Positions 12,233-23,175 of a stretch of 64,000 nt of DNA are shown in pieces. The stretch is taken from contig MU054466.1 in the NCBI GenBank assembly GCA_013239625.1, positions 992,001 through 1,056,000 on the forward strand, read 5' to 3'. Every line of letters starts with the position of its first letter. The first letter of the stretch is position 1. This DNA is from Lama guanicoe. Taxonomy: Eukaryota. The translations under genes were made by a program, and so were the position numbers. The notes under the pieces are model-generated. The model did not search any database, was not told the origin of the DNA, and was given only the letters and a program-made list of their open reading frames with translations.

Positions 12233-13850
12233 GTCTCTTCCCTTCAGATACAGCACGATCGTTAATGAACGGTTTGTTTTAAATGAGCTGCCGTCGGGAT
12301 CCAGGGACGTGACGCCTGGGCATGCGCACAGCCGGGTGGAGCCTGGCTAACGCTCTGCTGTGGTCAGCTGCAGGGCAGGACACTGTGTCCCCAGGGCCAC
12401 CCCGACTCTGCGTTCCCACAAAGAGCGACTGGCTGACGTCCGATTTGGCCCACGGTCACGAAGTGCCACTCTCGGCTCCCATACCGCAGGGAGGGAGCAG
12501 CGTCTGCTCCACCGAGATGCTCTCCGGGCTTGCCAAGCGGCTCATCTCCGACCCGGCCCCGTTGCCTCCACCAGAGACTGGATCCCGGGCACCAATGGGG
12601 AAGCGCCCTCTGACGCTGTTCATTAGGTCCAGGTGGACGCAGACGTCTGTTAAGGGAGGGGCCCGGGTACCGCTCCCCTGTGGGTCTGTGGTTACCAAAC
12701 AAGTGTAAATGGGAGCTGAAGGAACCACCTGTGTCCTGCCCTCCCAGCTGAGGGTGTGCTGGGCGAGGGGCTGGGCCAGCAGCCCTGGGGAAAGGCGGGG
12801 TGACAGCGGGGCCCCAGGCCTGGCCCTTCTCCATGAGGTGCGGGCAGCGTGCTGACTGGGCAGTCTGGATCCTGCACCTCCTGGACAAGTTTAAGTTCAA
12901 AAGGGTTCCAGGGGCTGACAGGAATTTGCTGACTCTTGATTTATCATGTAAGCTCATTAAACAGTCAACAAGCAAAAGCCTTCCCTCTGCTGTCACTGCC
13001 GCCTCCTCCAGGACACCGTGCTGCCACCGTGCAGGGGAAATGGGGCAACCTCTCTACACTTGAGACGTATGGCATTAGGGAACCCCGCAAAACACGCGGC
13101 TTCTCCTCGTTTTCCCAGGACTCACTCAAGCCTTAGCTGAGATCAGCTCACCGAGCGCGGTGCCCAGAGCCGGGTCCCATTTGAGACCCCCGGCCCCGGC
13201 GCTGGGTCTCTGACAAACCCAGCCTCCCCGCTCCTGGGGCACAGGGACTTCAGACACGCTGACAAGCAGCCCGACACTGCAAGGTCACACCTAGGACAAC
13301 GCTGCCCTCCTGGTCACCTGGGACAGTCTCTGCTCCCAAGTCCACCCTGAAGCACGGCCAGCGGCCAGCAGCGTGCCCCCCATGGCCCTTTTTGGCTGGG
13401 GGAGGAGAGGGGGGCTGAGCTGTGCTGAGCTGACTTCTGACAGGGGCGTGAGACCGTGCGGGGAAGTCATGGTACTTGTACATCTGAACAGACAGTACAA
13501 GTTTCAACTGTGTAAGACGGTTCCGTTCAGCCGCCGGCAAGCACAGGGGCGGGGCGGGAGACCACTGCGCAAACCCCTCCGTCTGTCCGTGGGTGGCTAC
13601 TGCTCTTCTGAGTCTCCGTGTGTGTACGTGCTGCTCCCAGGCAGGAAGGAGCTACCATGCAAGCTGCCGGGAGACGCAGCCTGCTAAACGCCTGTAAGGG
13701 AAGCAGGCACCCGAGTATCTGCTGAGGAGATGCGTTCCAGAGAGAACTGAACACCTGAGGCCGGCTCCCCGCGGGAGCGGCCAGGGTTCTGAGCGGCGTT
13801 GTGTGGCAGGTGGCGGTGCTCGGAGCTCCCAGCGGGCGGGGGCCACGCAC

Positions 13851-13991
13851 CTTGCGGACCACGGGGCTGCCGTCATTGATCAGCTGGGCCAGCATCATGG
13901 CCACGTTGTGGTCGATGGTGGTGGAGTGGTCCGTCCTCTCTGCAGAGTTGCCCACGAACGTGCCGAGCGCGAAGACCGCTGCACAGCGCAC
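13851..13991 (-). CDS. RPTOR: RPTOR exon 17 equivalent (141 nt): VRCAAVFALGTFVGNSAERTDHSTTIDHNVAMMLAQLINDGSPVVRK
   Basis: Acceptor cctgcag|GTG, donor AAG|gtgcgt; peptide within ORF 13527..14615. Confidence 0.97.
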
Positions 13992-14324
13992 CTGCAGGCG
14001 GACAGGGCGGCGGTCACGCCCCGGCCGGCTGTTTGGGCCTGAGCTCTGGCCGGGCCCCGAGGGCTGACCTGTCATGGCCCCCCTCGGCCAAGCTCTGCCC
14101 GTGAGGATGAGCAGGAGCCGGGGAGGAGCAGGAGGCAGGTCGCCGACCCACCTGAGTGCCAGGTGGCAGGCTGTGCAAGCAGGAACTCTGGGGTCAGAGC
14201 CCTGACCAGGTGTGGGGTGACTAGGGAGGGAGAGGATCAGGGAGAGGGGACGAGGGTGGGCAGGGCGGGCCTCTGCAGGGGGCGCAGTCTCCGTGCCGCC
14301 CCTTCCCGGGGTGGGGGGACTCAC

Positions 14325-14516
14325 CTCGGGGATGGGGTCGGAGAGGAGGCTGCACAGCTTCTCGTGTGCGCTGTCCCGCACCCCACACCAACGCGCCGAG
14401 TCGAAGTTCTGCCAGATGCGCCCCAGGCAGATGCCCACCCACTGGCGCAGCAGTGGGTGGGGGTCGTTGAGCTGCTCCAGGCAGATGGCGATCAAGTTGC
14501 CCTGGAGACAGGCCTC
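14325..14516 (-). CDS. RPTOR: RPTOR exon 16 equivalent (192 nt): EACLQGNLIAICLEQLNDPHPLLRQWVGICLGRIWQNFDSARWCGVRDSAHEKLCSLLSDPIPE, HEAT/armadillo region
   Basis: Acceptor ttcccgcag|GAG, donor GAG|gtgagt; peptide within ORF 13527..14615. Confidence 0.97.
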
Positions 14517-14779
14517 CTGCGGGAAGGACCACGTGCATGTCACCCCGACCCGACTGGGGCAGGGGAGGGGGCCAGGCTGGACCCACCCTGGCATCACTCG
14601 CGGAAACTTGCTCAACTCTCCTCATTTTAAACCCCACCCACTTCACGTCACCCTGCAGACGGCTGGCTAAATCGATGGTCAACCCCCGAGGTCACTGCTT
14701 CATTAGACGACGTCCAGATCCGCAGTTCCTCTGGCCCCCAAAGACAGGGGCTCAGGGCGGGGCCGCACAGGACACCCAC

Positions 14780-14845
14780 CTGCCCGGTGTTGTAGCTGTT
14801 GACGATCACAGCCAGGATGAAGGCCGTCATGGTCCTGTGCTCAGC
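14780..14845 (-). CDS. RPTOR: RPTOR exon 15 equivalent (66 nt): AEHRTMTAFILAVIVNSYNTGQ
   Basis: Acceptor ttttccag|GCT, donor CAG|gtgggt; peptide within ORF 14648..15184. Confidence 0.97.
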
Positions 14846-15589
14846 CTGGAAAAGAGACGTCACTGCGAGTCGGCACTGCCCTTCTCCACGGTGGGGACTC
14901 CTCGTTCCCAAGCCTCCAGAGCCGTGATGCTGAGCCCTACGTGCAGCTGAGGTAGGGGAACCAGCTCTACTATCTTCTGATTTGAGTCCACAAAGGGGAA
15001 CAGCCCTTTCAAAGGGCCTGGCAGCCCCAGGCGGGCCTCTCGGAGGACAGGTGGGTCCCTGACGCACTGAAGGCCTCTCTGAGGCTGCCCCCTCGGAGGC
15101 CGTCCTGGTGATCCCGGGCCCTGGCCACCCCCGCCCCGCCCAACCTGTGCAAGCGAGCCGCTCAGTGCAGCAAGCTGGTGGCAAGGTGACCGAGCACTGC
15201 CCTAAGTCGGCCTCACCTCTCCCGCTCCCGGTCCTCAGGGGGGCGGACCACTCTCGTCCCTCCTCTCCTCAGCGCTCCCTGACCTGGACACCAGCCTGTG
15301 TCTACCTGTTAGTGGCGCCTCGCGTTTCTAACACGCAGGCTGGACCCCTGAAGTGGGTCACCCTCCGCGTCTTGCGGGGACTCCGAGGCTCCTCCTCGCC
15401 GTCGGCCCCTCGCACGAGGGGTGCGGGCTTACCCTCGCAGCCGTGCTGACTGAGATACAGTGTCTGCTGGTGCCTGGCTCCCCTCCCTGGGCCCCACTCC
15501 CTCCTGAAATGTGGTGTTCTTGGCCGCCTCGGTGGGGTCGGCACAGGGGTCCGGGGTGACGGTTCCTCTGGGCTGTGAGGCCTTTCAGC

Positions 15590-15800
15590 GGTCTTCGTTC
15601 GTTACTCTGACGACTGCAGAAATCCTCCTCTTTATCCTGGTTACTTTCGAGGTTTTTCCTCTTGCCTTTGACGTCTCTGCTTCATGACAATGAGTCTTTG
15701 TGTGGATTTGTTCTTATTTAACCTTCTCAAGACTCACTGTCCTTCCTCAACCTGAAAACTCGTTTCTTCTTTCGATCTGGAGAAGCCCCCTCCACCACCC
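15590..15800 (-). mobile_element. Ancient L1 (ORF1-region) fragment
   Basis: T-rich tract tgtgtggatttgttcttattta...ttcttctttcgatctggagaag typical of antisense old L1M; boundaries approximate. Confidence 0.5.
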
Positions 15801-17538
15801 GTCCGGCCGTGCATCTCTGCTGCTGCCTCCAGCTCTCCCTGCGCCGGGGGGTCGGCGTCGGAGCCGGCGAGCCCCACCGGCGGCCTTCAGGCCCCTTCCC
15901 GTCTCCCGCCTCGTGCTTCCCCCAGGGCTTCCTTTATTGGCCGCGACACTCTGCTGTTTAACTTGCCGGCGGAGCTTCCAGTGACGGTGCCTGTCTTCCA
16001 TCAGGGTTCTTTTTGTTTTCCCCCAAATCTGCCTTTTTATTAAAAGACTCTAGTTGGTCATTTCTGAGGATGACTGAAGAGGACGGAGAACGTGGCAACA
16101 CCAGGCACGGATGTACTCTGGAGAAGCAACACGATGGTTGATCGTTGGACGTAAGTGAAGCCACTGTGTGTTAAACCTTTCTAAACACACTTATTCGTGC
16201 TGCTCTCCAGGCCTCGTCAGGGAGCCCCGGTTCCAGCTCCCGGCGGCAGGCCCTCCGCCGTGCCAGCTCCGCTTCTCCCCCTCGTGCTGGCCCCCGGAAC
16301 CCGCACGCCTGGCGCGGGCCTCTGTGCCCCGCAGTGCAGGTGCCCCTGCAGACAGGGCAGCCTTTGCCCCTTCCCGGCAGGCCCCGAGACTTCACGTTCA
16401 TCTCCGTGGGGGGAGTCTCCGTTTCTCGCGAGGCCTCTCCGGGCTTTGCTCCCAGATGTGCACGGCAGACGGACCAGCTCCTCTCGTCCACGTCTGGTGA
16501 CGGGCACCTCGCCCCCAGGCCCGTGCGGAGCCCAGGGTCCCCGCGACGCCGCCCGTCCCACCGTGCCCCTCCTCTAGCTTGGTTTTGGCACGTGGGGATT
16601 TCCTTTCCTTTCTTTCAAATCTGTGTCCTCAGAACCCCCAGGTGTGTGCAGCTGCAGGGGGGCCGATCCGTCGGCATCGCTCACCGTCTGACTCTCCCTG
16701 AGGAGCGGGCAGGTGGCTGCTTCCCACGCTCGTGCACAGCATTGCGTCACCTGCCTGTGACGACGCCAAGCACCACACTCAGGTTAAAGCACACAGGTTG
16801 TATTTACCTTTTCTACGACCGTCCTGTTTTTAATGTTCTCTGGATTTTAAAAAATCTGTTTTTTATTATCATCATCATTTAGTTTAGAAAACCAACTAGA
16901 GGGCGAGATCACACACAGAAGTTCCTTTACACAACCTAAGCTGCCTAAGCCCGTGAGAGCGAGCCGTTACGCTGTCAAACTAAGTTATACTAAGTTGTTA
17001 CTTAGGGTGAGGACTCTGCCCTCTGCAGTGTGCTAGGAGCTAGAAGGAGGGAACATAGAAGTGAATTAAAAACCATTTACAGGAAGTCACTCTATACGTT
17101 ATTTGTGGATTATGAATTTTTAAATAACTTAACACAATAAAGTATACTGAAAACATGAATGTCCTTCCTTCCTCCCCCTCCCGTCCTGACTCAAGGCGCA
17201 CGGCCTCCCGTCCCGGCCAGGACCACCCTGGCCTCTCGGGTGTACGAGCGCCCCGGTCTAACTCGGCGGCCAGCACACGCCGGAGCGGGGATGCCCCTCC
17301 ACTGCAAAGGCGTGCCAGGAAATGGACCCAGGGGAACCACCAGCCCAGCCTGTGTGTCAGGGTTCACTGCGACTCTCATGCAGAGAAGCAGCAACTGAGA
17401 CAACGTGTCAGGAAGCAAAGGGCTCCGCCTGCAGGGGGCGTCGGCGGGCCAGCGCCCCGGGGCCCTCTGCTTGGAGAGCTCCTGCAACGCCCGCGTGAGA
17501 CAGGCCGCGGGAGCTCGTGCGCAGGGCGTGGTCCTTAC

Positions 17539-17613
17539 CGGCATGTAGGGGTCCGCCAGGACCGAGAGGAAGTACTTGTGGCCGTTGTCCTTTACCAGGT
17601 CGGCCTGGCACGA
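17539..17613 (-). CDS. RPTOR: RPTOR exon 14 equivalent (75 nt): SCQADLVKDNGHKYFLSVLADPYMP
   Basis: Acceptor ccccgcag|TCG, donor CCG|gtaagg; peptide within ORF 17191..17712. Confidence 0.97.
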
Positions 17614-19640
17614 CTGCGGGGAGACAGGAGAGACAGTGAGCGCAGGCACCTGGAAGGGCGCCCTCCTCTTCTGGGGACGTGTGAACAAACGAACACGCAA
17701 CGAATACTTCACGCCTTAACATTTTCTCAAGTTCAGTTTCCATTTGAAAAAACAGTGAGAGGGCGTTTTCCTTGGCATGGGAAGCGGCTGGCACCTCACG
17801 TGCCCTCAGAAGCACGGCAGCTCCTTCCTGATGGGCGGGGATCCCTGGCCTCCAGGCTGGGTTCCCTGGAGGCCCCCTCCCCGTGTCAGCCTGGGGCCCA
17901 CGCGCCCCTCCTCATGCCCGGCACCTGAAACCACCCAGCTTCTGCAGCCCCCAGCCCAGGCCGCAGCTGTCTCGTGCCTTTGCTGGGACTTACGTGGTCT
18001 GTGTGGGTATAATATTTACAAATCACTTGGGTCACACGGTCACATTTTAACAGGTGCTTCCTAGGGGCCCCACTCCTGCCCCAGGGGAGCAACTCCAAGT
18101 GGAAAGTGCATTTAGTGCTGGCAGGTCTGCCAGCGCCGGTCAGCGCCGGTCAGCACCACTGTGTGGACACGCTCACCTGCCCGGCAGGGTTCAGGACCAC
18201 GGGCTGGGGCCTGGAGGAGACCGCCAAGCGGCTGTGGCCCACGGGGAGGAGGGGGGTCCAGGGGGAGGAGGCGCCCAGCTAGTGGCACCAGATGAAACAC
18301 GTGACCTGCAGAAGCGCAACGTGGCCCCGCAGCGCAGTGTACAAACCACAGACGCTCTCGCTCTGGGAAAGGCTGACCCATGGAACACGCCCACGCCGTT
18401 CACTGGGCTCCGGGGGAATATCCAGAAAACCTGCCCCCGACATTGAGGGTCACGCGTCCCTAGGGAGATGCTGAATTCTGGCAGCCCCCGGCGTGCTCCG
18501 CTCTAGGGGGTGAAGGCTGCTCAGAAGAGGGGTCAGCATCTTAAGGCCCGAGTCTCGGACGGCACTGCCACACGGCCCCGGCTCTAGGGGCGCCCGCTCG
18601 CTGGGGCAGGGCCTGTGCAAAGCCCTCTCAGGGGCCCGTGGGCGTGCACACGGAATGTGCTGTTCACTGCAGCCCGGAGCCCTGCCCCCCACCTTCCCCG
18701 CCGCCCCTCTCCCAGGGCTGCTCTGATAACGAGCTGTTTCTCGGTCACATCAATAAACTAATAAGGTAGCTACTGGACTCGGCTGTTTCATTGGGAACTG
18801 AGCGAGGCAGAGGGGCAGTCGGGGAGCAGGGCACCAGGGCTCGGGTTAGCAGGCTGGTCCCTGGGGCCAGGGAAGCCAATTAAGCGTAAGCTTTCAAGTC
18901 ACTCCCAGAAGGGAGCCCTCGCTCTGAATGAGGTTTTGACAAATGAGCTCAGAGGAGTCAGCGTGATGCCCCCTCTGCAGAGACTCGTCCAGAAGGGCCG
19001 GGAGAGGGCACGGGGGCGGCCTGCAGCCTAGAGCCTGCGCCCAAGGACACAGTCGCCTTAATTTTTACACCAGAGGCTTGTCAAGCCGAATCGAGGCCCA
19101 AACAGTCACAGTGAGGCTCCTGAAGCACAGCGCGATGAAGTGTCACCAAGTCCCATCCTCCAGGTTGACGCTGAGGCACACGTCAGAGCACCTGAAGCTG
19201 CAGCTTCAACGCGCCTTCGGCGTCGGAGATGGCGACGACGTTTACACTAAAAGATCTCTGTTTGGACGAGGCTGTCAGGCAGGAAGGAACCACCAAACAC
19301 TCTCTCTGGTCACGCCCACCCTCACGGCCAGCCCTCGGCGGGTGTCCTTACGAACCGGCTTAGAATCTGCTCAGATTCTCACCACATCAGCCACCTCAGC
19401 CCTGTCTGTGTCCACACCCGTGGGCGGGCAGGCGGGCTGGGGACCTGCAGGGCATGGCTCTCGGAGGACGCTGGGACACAGGCCACCGGCCCCCGCTCAC
19501 CTTCCCATCCTCCCGCCTCCTCATAAGGAAGAGAAAGCAGTCCTTTTAACAGCAAAGGCCCAGCAACGCTGGCACAGGCGGGGGTAGAGGCTCTGGCCGC
19601 CCGACCGCCTCCAGGGAGCCGCTTCCAAAGGCTCGATCTG

Positions 19641-19660
19641 TGTCTGTCTGTCTGTCTGTC
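19641..19660. repeat. (TGTC)5 microsatellite
   Basis: Read directly from sequence. Confidence 0.9.
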
Positions 19661-20388
19661 CTCACGGGGTGAGGCTGCAGGTGTGAGTGCTTAAGGCTGG
19701 AGGCGAGGACGAGCCTGGATGCGAAACGGTTTTTCCTAAGCAGGTGACCTCCCCCGCCCCGCCAGCTCTGATGCTTCCGTCTCAGGGTTTTCAGGGAATT
19801 ACATTGTTAAGACGGGGAAAGGGAGGCGAGGAGGAAAGACAAACAGAGAGAAGGGGACCCAAGCACCTTTCAGCAAGGCAGCAGCTGGAGGTGTGGTTTG
19901 CAAACAGATGAGCGGATGGACAGACAGACCGAGGGGGCAGAGCCAGAGCCGTCTGTCACTGCCTGTATTTTTCCACTTTCGGCAAATTCTTGAGGTTTCC
20001 TTCGTGGCCTAACATATGGTCAGACTTCATGAACAGACATTTAAAAGAAGGAAAAATGTTTACAACTGGGTCAGAATTCAATACACACTCCTTCATTCTA
20101 CCTCACCGTAAGCCTGCTTTTAACAAACTAGCGACGCTTAAGTGCACAGACACGTTACACCACCGAACACTCACAGTCACTGAGAGGGAGGAAGTTACTG
20201 TAACTCCCCTTAAAAAAAATCGAAGTGTAACGGACCCACGTCATATTGATACCATTGTAAACGTTTTCAGCAGTTCATACAAATTGGCTAATAGCGGATG
20301 TAGAGTCGTGCTGTTTGGAAATAGTTACACTTCCGTCCAGCCTGCATGGTTTTGCTGCCTCACTGCACGACCCAGGCCTTGCAGCACA

Positions 20389-20455
20389 CCTCTGCAGACT
20401 CCCCTCTGTGGAACTGCTTCTGCAGACTCCCCTCTGCGGACTCCCCTCTGCGGAC
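20389..20455. repeat. Short minisatellite, about 14-bp unit cctctgc(a/g)gactcc, 4-5 imperfect copies
   Basis: Read directly from sequence. Confidence 0.8.
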
Positions 20456-20599
20456 GGTCAGGTGCCCGGCTCCGCGCCTGGCCCTGGGGCTCAGACGTGC
20501 ACCACGTGGTGTGACGTGGGCTCCAGCATCTTCGGGGGACGCTGTCTGTCATGTGGAGGGAGCTCCCTCGTTGGTTCCTCACTAGTTTGCTGAGAAGTC

Positions 20600-21545
20600 C
20601 TTGTTTTTTTTCCAATCAGGAGTAGATTTTAGATTTGGTCAAATGTGTTCTTTCTCGCCACTGATGAGATGATAATACAGCTTTTTGTTTGTTACCGTGA
20701 CAAATTACATTTTTTTTCTATCTTTAAACAAGTTAACATTCCTAAAGTCAGTCCCCCTGGGTCATGACACACTGCCCTTTCACACCTTGCGGAATTTGAT
20801 TTGTGAAGTCTGGCTGAACATTTTTGCATCTACCGTCACCAAGGACACAGGGCAGCAGCTTTCTTTTCCTGCCTGGTTGCAGGTGTCAGGACGCCGTGAG
20901 TCTCGCGGGATGGCGGGCAAGGTGCTTACCGCCATCCACGTACTTCTTCATCAACGCTTGGGCAGAATTCACCAGGGAAGCCACCTGGACCTGGAGTTCT
21001 CTTTGCAGGAAAGTTTTCAACCACAAACCCGAGCTGTGAAGCAGGTCCAGTGCTGTCCAGGTTATCTTCCCTCTAAGGGAGCAGCCGTGCCATCCGAGGA
21101 ACTTACTTCACCAGTCGCCACAAGCTCTGGCATCGAGTTGCTCACAGATTCCCTCACCGTCCCTCCGCGTGTCCAGAGCCTTCGGTGATGCCGCCTCGCT
21201 CACTGCTGACTTGGGTGTTGTGTCTTCTTTGTCTGTTTCCTCATCAGTCTGCGCAGTTACTGCTCTGCTCAAGGCAGCAGCTTTCTTTCGATTGAGTGAA
21301 TCTTTTCTGCTCTCCACTGTGATCTTTGTTGTTTCCTTTCTCCTGCCTCCTCTGGATTTGACTTGCCTTTCTTTTCCTAATATCTTAAGGTGGAAGCGGA
21401 GGTCAGTGATTTGAAACTCTTCTTCTTTTCTAATACACGCATTTAGGACAGAAACCTCCCTCGCGGCACCACTGGTCTGTGCCCCACAGTGTGTTTGCAC
21501 TTTCATTCAAGGTATGTTTCACTTCCCTTGAGACCTCCTCGTTGA
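20600..21545 (-). mobile_element. Old L1 ORF2 remnant (post-endonuclease linker toward RT); downstream part of an interrupted element
   Basis: ORF 21108..21506 contains VLNACIRKEEEFQITDLRFHLKILGKERQVKSRGGRRKE, resembling L1 ORF2 ALNAYIRKEERSQINNLSFHLKKLEK. Confidence 0.8.
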
Positions 21546-21659
21546 AAAAAATTATTTTAAAGTTCTTATTTCATTATTTTATATACTAATGTGAATGTTT
21601 ACATGATTATAAGTATTCATAATTATGTACAAATTATACCAAGCATATAAGTTATATTA

Positions 21660-22151
21660 AAGTATACATATTTCCCAGCTTCACGGAGGTATAATTAACA
21701 AATGAAACTTGTATACGTGTAAGGTATAAAACGTCATGGTTTGATTTAAGTATGTATTGTGGAAAGACGAGCACAATCAAGGGAACTAACACGTCCGTCA
21801 TTTCACACAGGTACCATTTTTTTCTTGGTGTGACAAGGGCTCCTAAAATCTGCTGTTACGTACACAGTGCAGCACCGGTAACTGAACACCAGGCTGTGTG
21901 CAGGCCGCCAGAACTTACTCACCTTGTAAGGGGAGTCTGTCCCCTCTGACCAGCCCCCGCCCCCCCCAGCCCCCGACAAGCACCGTTCTGCTGTCTCTGT
22001 GATGACTTCTGCGGTTCCACAAACGACAAGACCGTGCAGCTTTTGTCGTTGTCTCGTCTGGCTTACTTCACTGAGTACAATGTCCTCTGGCTTCAGCCAT
22101 GGTGTCTCCGATGGCAGGATCTCCTCCTTTTTTATGGCTGGATGACATTCC

Positions 22152-22187
<36 letters not shown>

Positions 22188-22795
22188 CGCTGATGGACGC
22201 AGAGCTGGCTTCCACACACATCTTGGCTGTTGAGAACAACGCTGCAGCGGACCTGGGAGCGAGGTACCTCCCTGAGACACGGACACTGTTTCCTTCGGAT
22301 CGGCACCCATTAGTGAGGTTGCTGGACTGTGTGGTGGTTCTGTTTTTAAATTTCTGAGGAGCTGCCATGGTGTTTCCACAGTGGCTGCACCGACTTACAT
22401 CCCCACCAACAGCACACGAGGGCCGCCTTGGGACCCGTGAACGCGTCTGTTTGATGATGTCTCACCGCGGCTTGACTGCGTTTCCGATGGCGAGTGATGC
22501 TGAGCACCTTCTCGTGCGCCCTTGGGCCGTCTGCATGTCTTCATTGGGAGAACGCCTGCTCAGGTCCTCTGACCGTTTTTAATTCAGTTTTGTTTTGTTT
22601 TGTTTTGTTTTTTGCTACTGAGTTGTCCGAGTTCCTTGCAGCGTACTTTGGTATTAATCCCGTGTCAGCAGATGGGCTGCACACGTTTTCCCGCACTCGA
22701 CCTCCCGCTCTGAAGGCTGTTTTTTCATTTTGTTGATTGTTTCCTTTGTCGTGAAGATTTCAGTTTGATGTAGTCCCACTTACTCATTTTACATA
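21660..22795 (-). mobile_element. L1MA-like 3' end (ORF2 C-terminus plus 3' UTR) nested in the older L1
   Basis: ORF 21803..22306 contains ECHPAIKKEEILPSETPWLKPEDIVLSEVSQ (L1 ORF2 C-terminus like); AT-rich decayed tail at about 21545-21670. Confidence 0.8.
22154..22184. repeat. (TG)15 microsatellite within L1
   Basis: Read directly from sequence. Confidence 0.95.
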
Positions 22796-22935
22796 TAAAT
22801 TTTTATAACTATAAATAAACGTGAGTTTATGTAAATATTTATGTTGCTTATACAACTTCACATTTATATTTTATTACATATTTTAATTTACATATTTACA
22901 TTACTTAAATTTTTATTTTATAATTAAAAAAATTT
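22790..22935. repeat. AT-rich low-complexity tract (decayed L1 tail)
   Basis: Nearly pure A/T sequence abutting an L1 3' end. Confidence 0.75.
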
Positions 22936-23175
22936 AAATTGAAGTACAGTCAGTTCATAAGGTGTCATTCTCTGGTGTACGGCATCATGCTTCAGTCACA
23001 TACATACTTGTTTTCACCTCCTTTTTCATTGTAGGTCACTACAAGATACTGAATACAGTTCCCTGTGCTACAAGGTAGGTCCTTGTTTATCTGTTTTATG
23101 CACAGTAGTTAGTATCTGCAAATCTCAAACTCTCAATTTGCCCCTTCCCACCCCGTCCCCCGAGTAACCGTAAGA
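22935..23175 (-). mobile_element. Younger 5'-truncated L1 3' end (artiodactyl/camelid type)
   Basis: attgaagtacagtcag...tacaagatactgaatacagttccctgtgctaca; reverse-complement homologue of the copy at 50.6 kb. Confidence 0.75.

Noticed and set aside
13527-14615. 362-aa ORF running through exons 16 and 17 (possible in-frame retention of the 333-nt intron 16)
   Set aside because: The intron is indeed open and a multiple of 3, but it has good splice sites and a low-complexity translation that would break the HEAT solenoid; no support without transcript data
20389-20455. Short direct repeats as a CRISPR-like array
   Set aside because: Mammalian intron; the units abut without unique spacers, so this is an ordinary minisatellite
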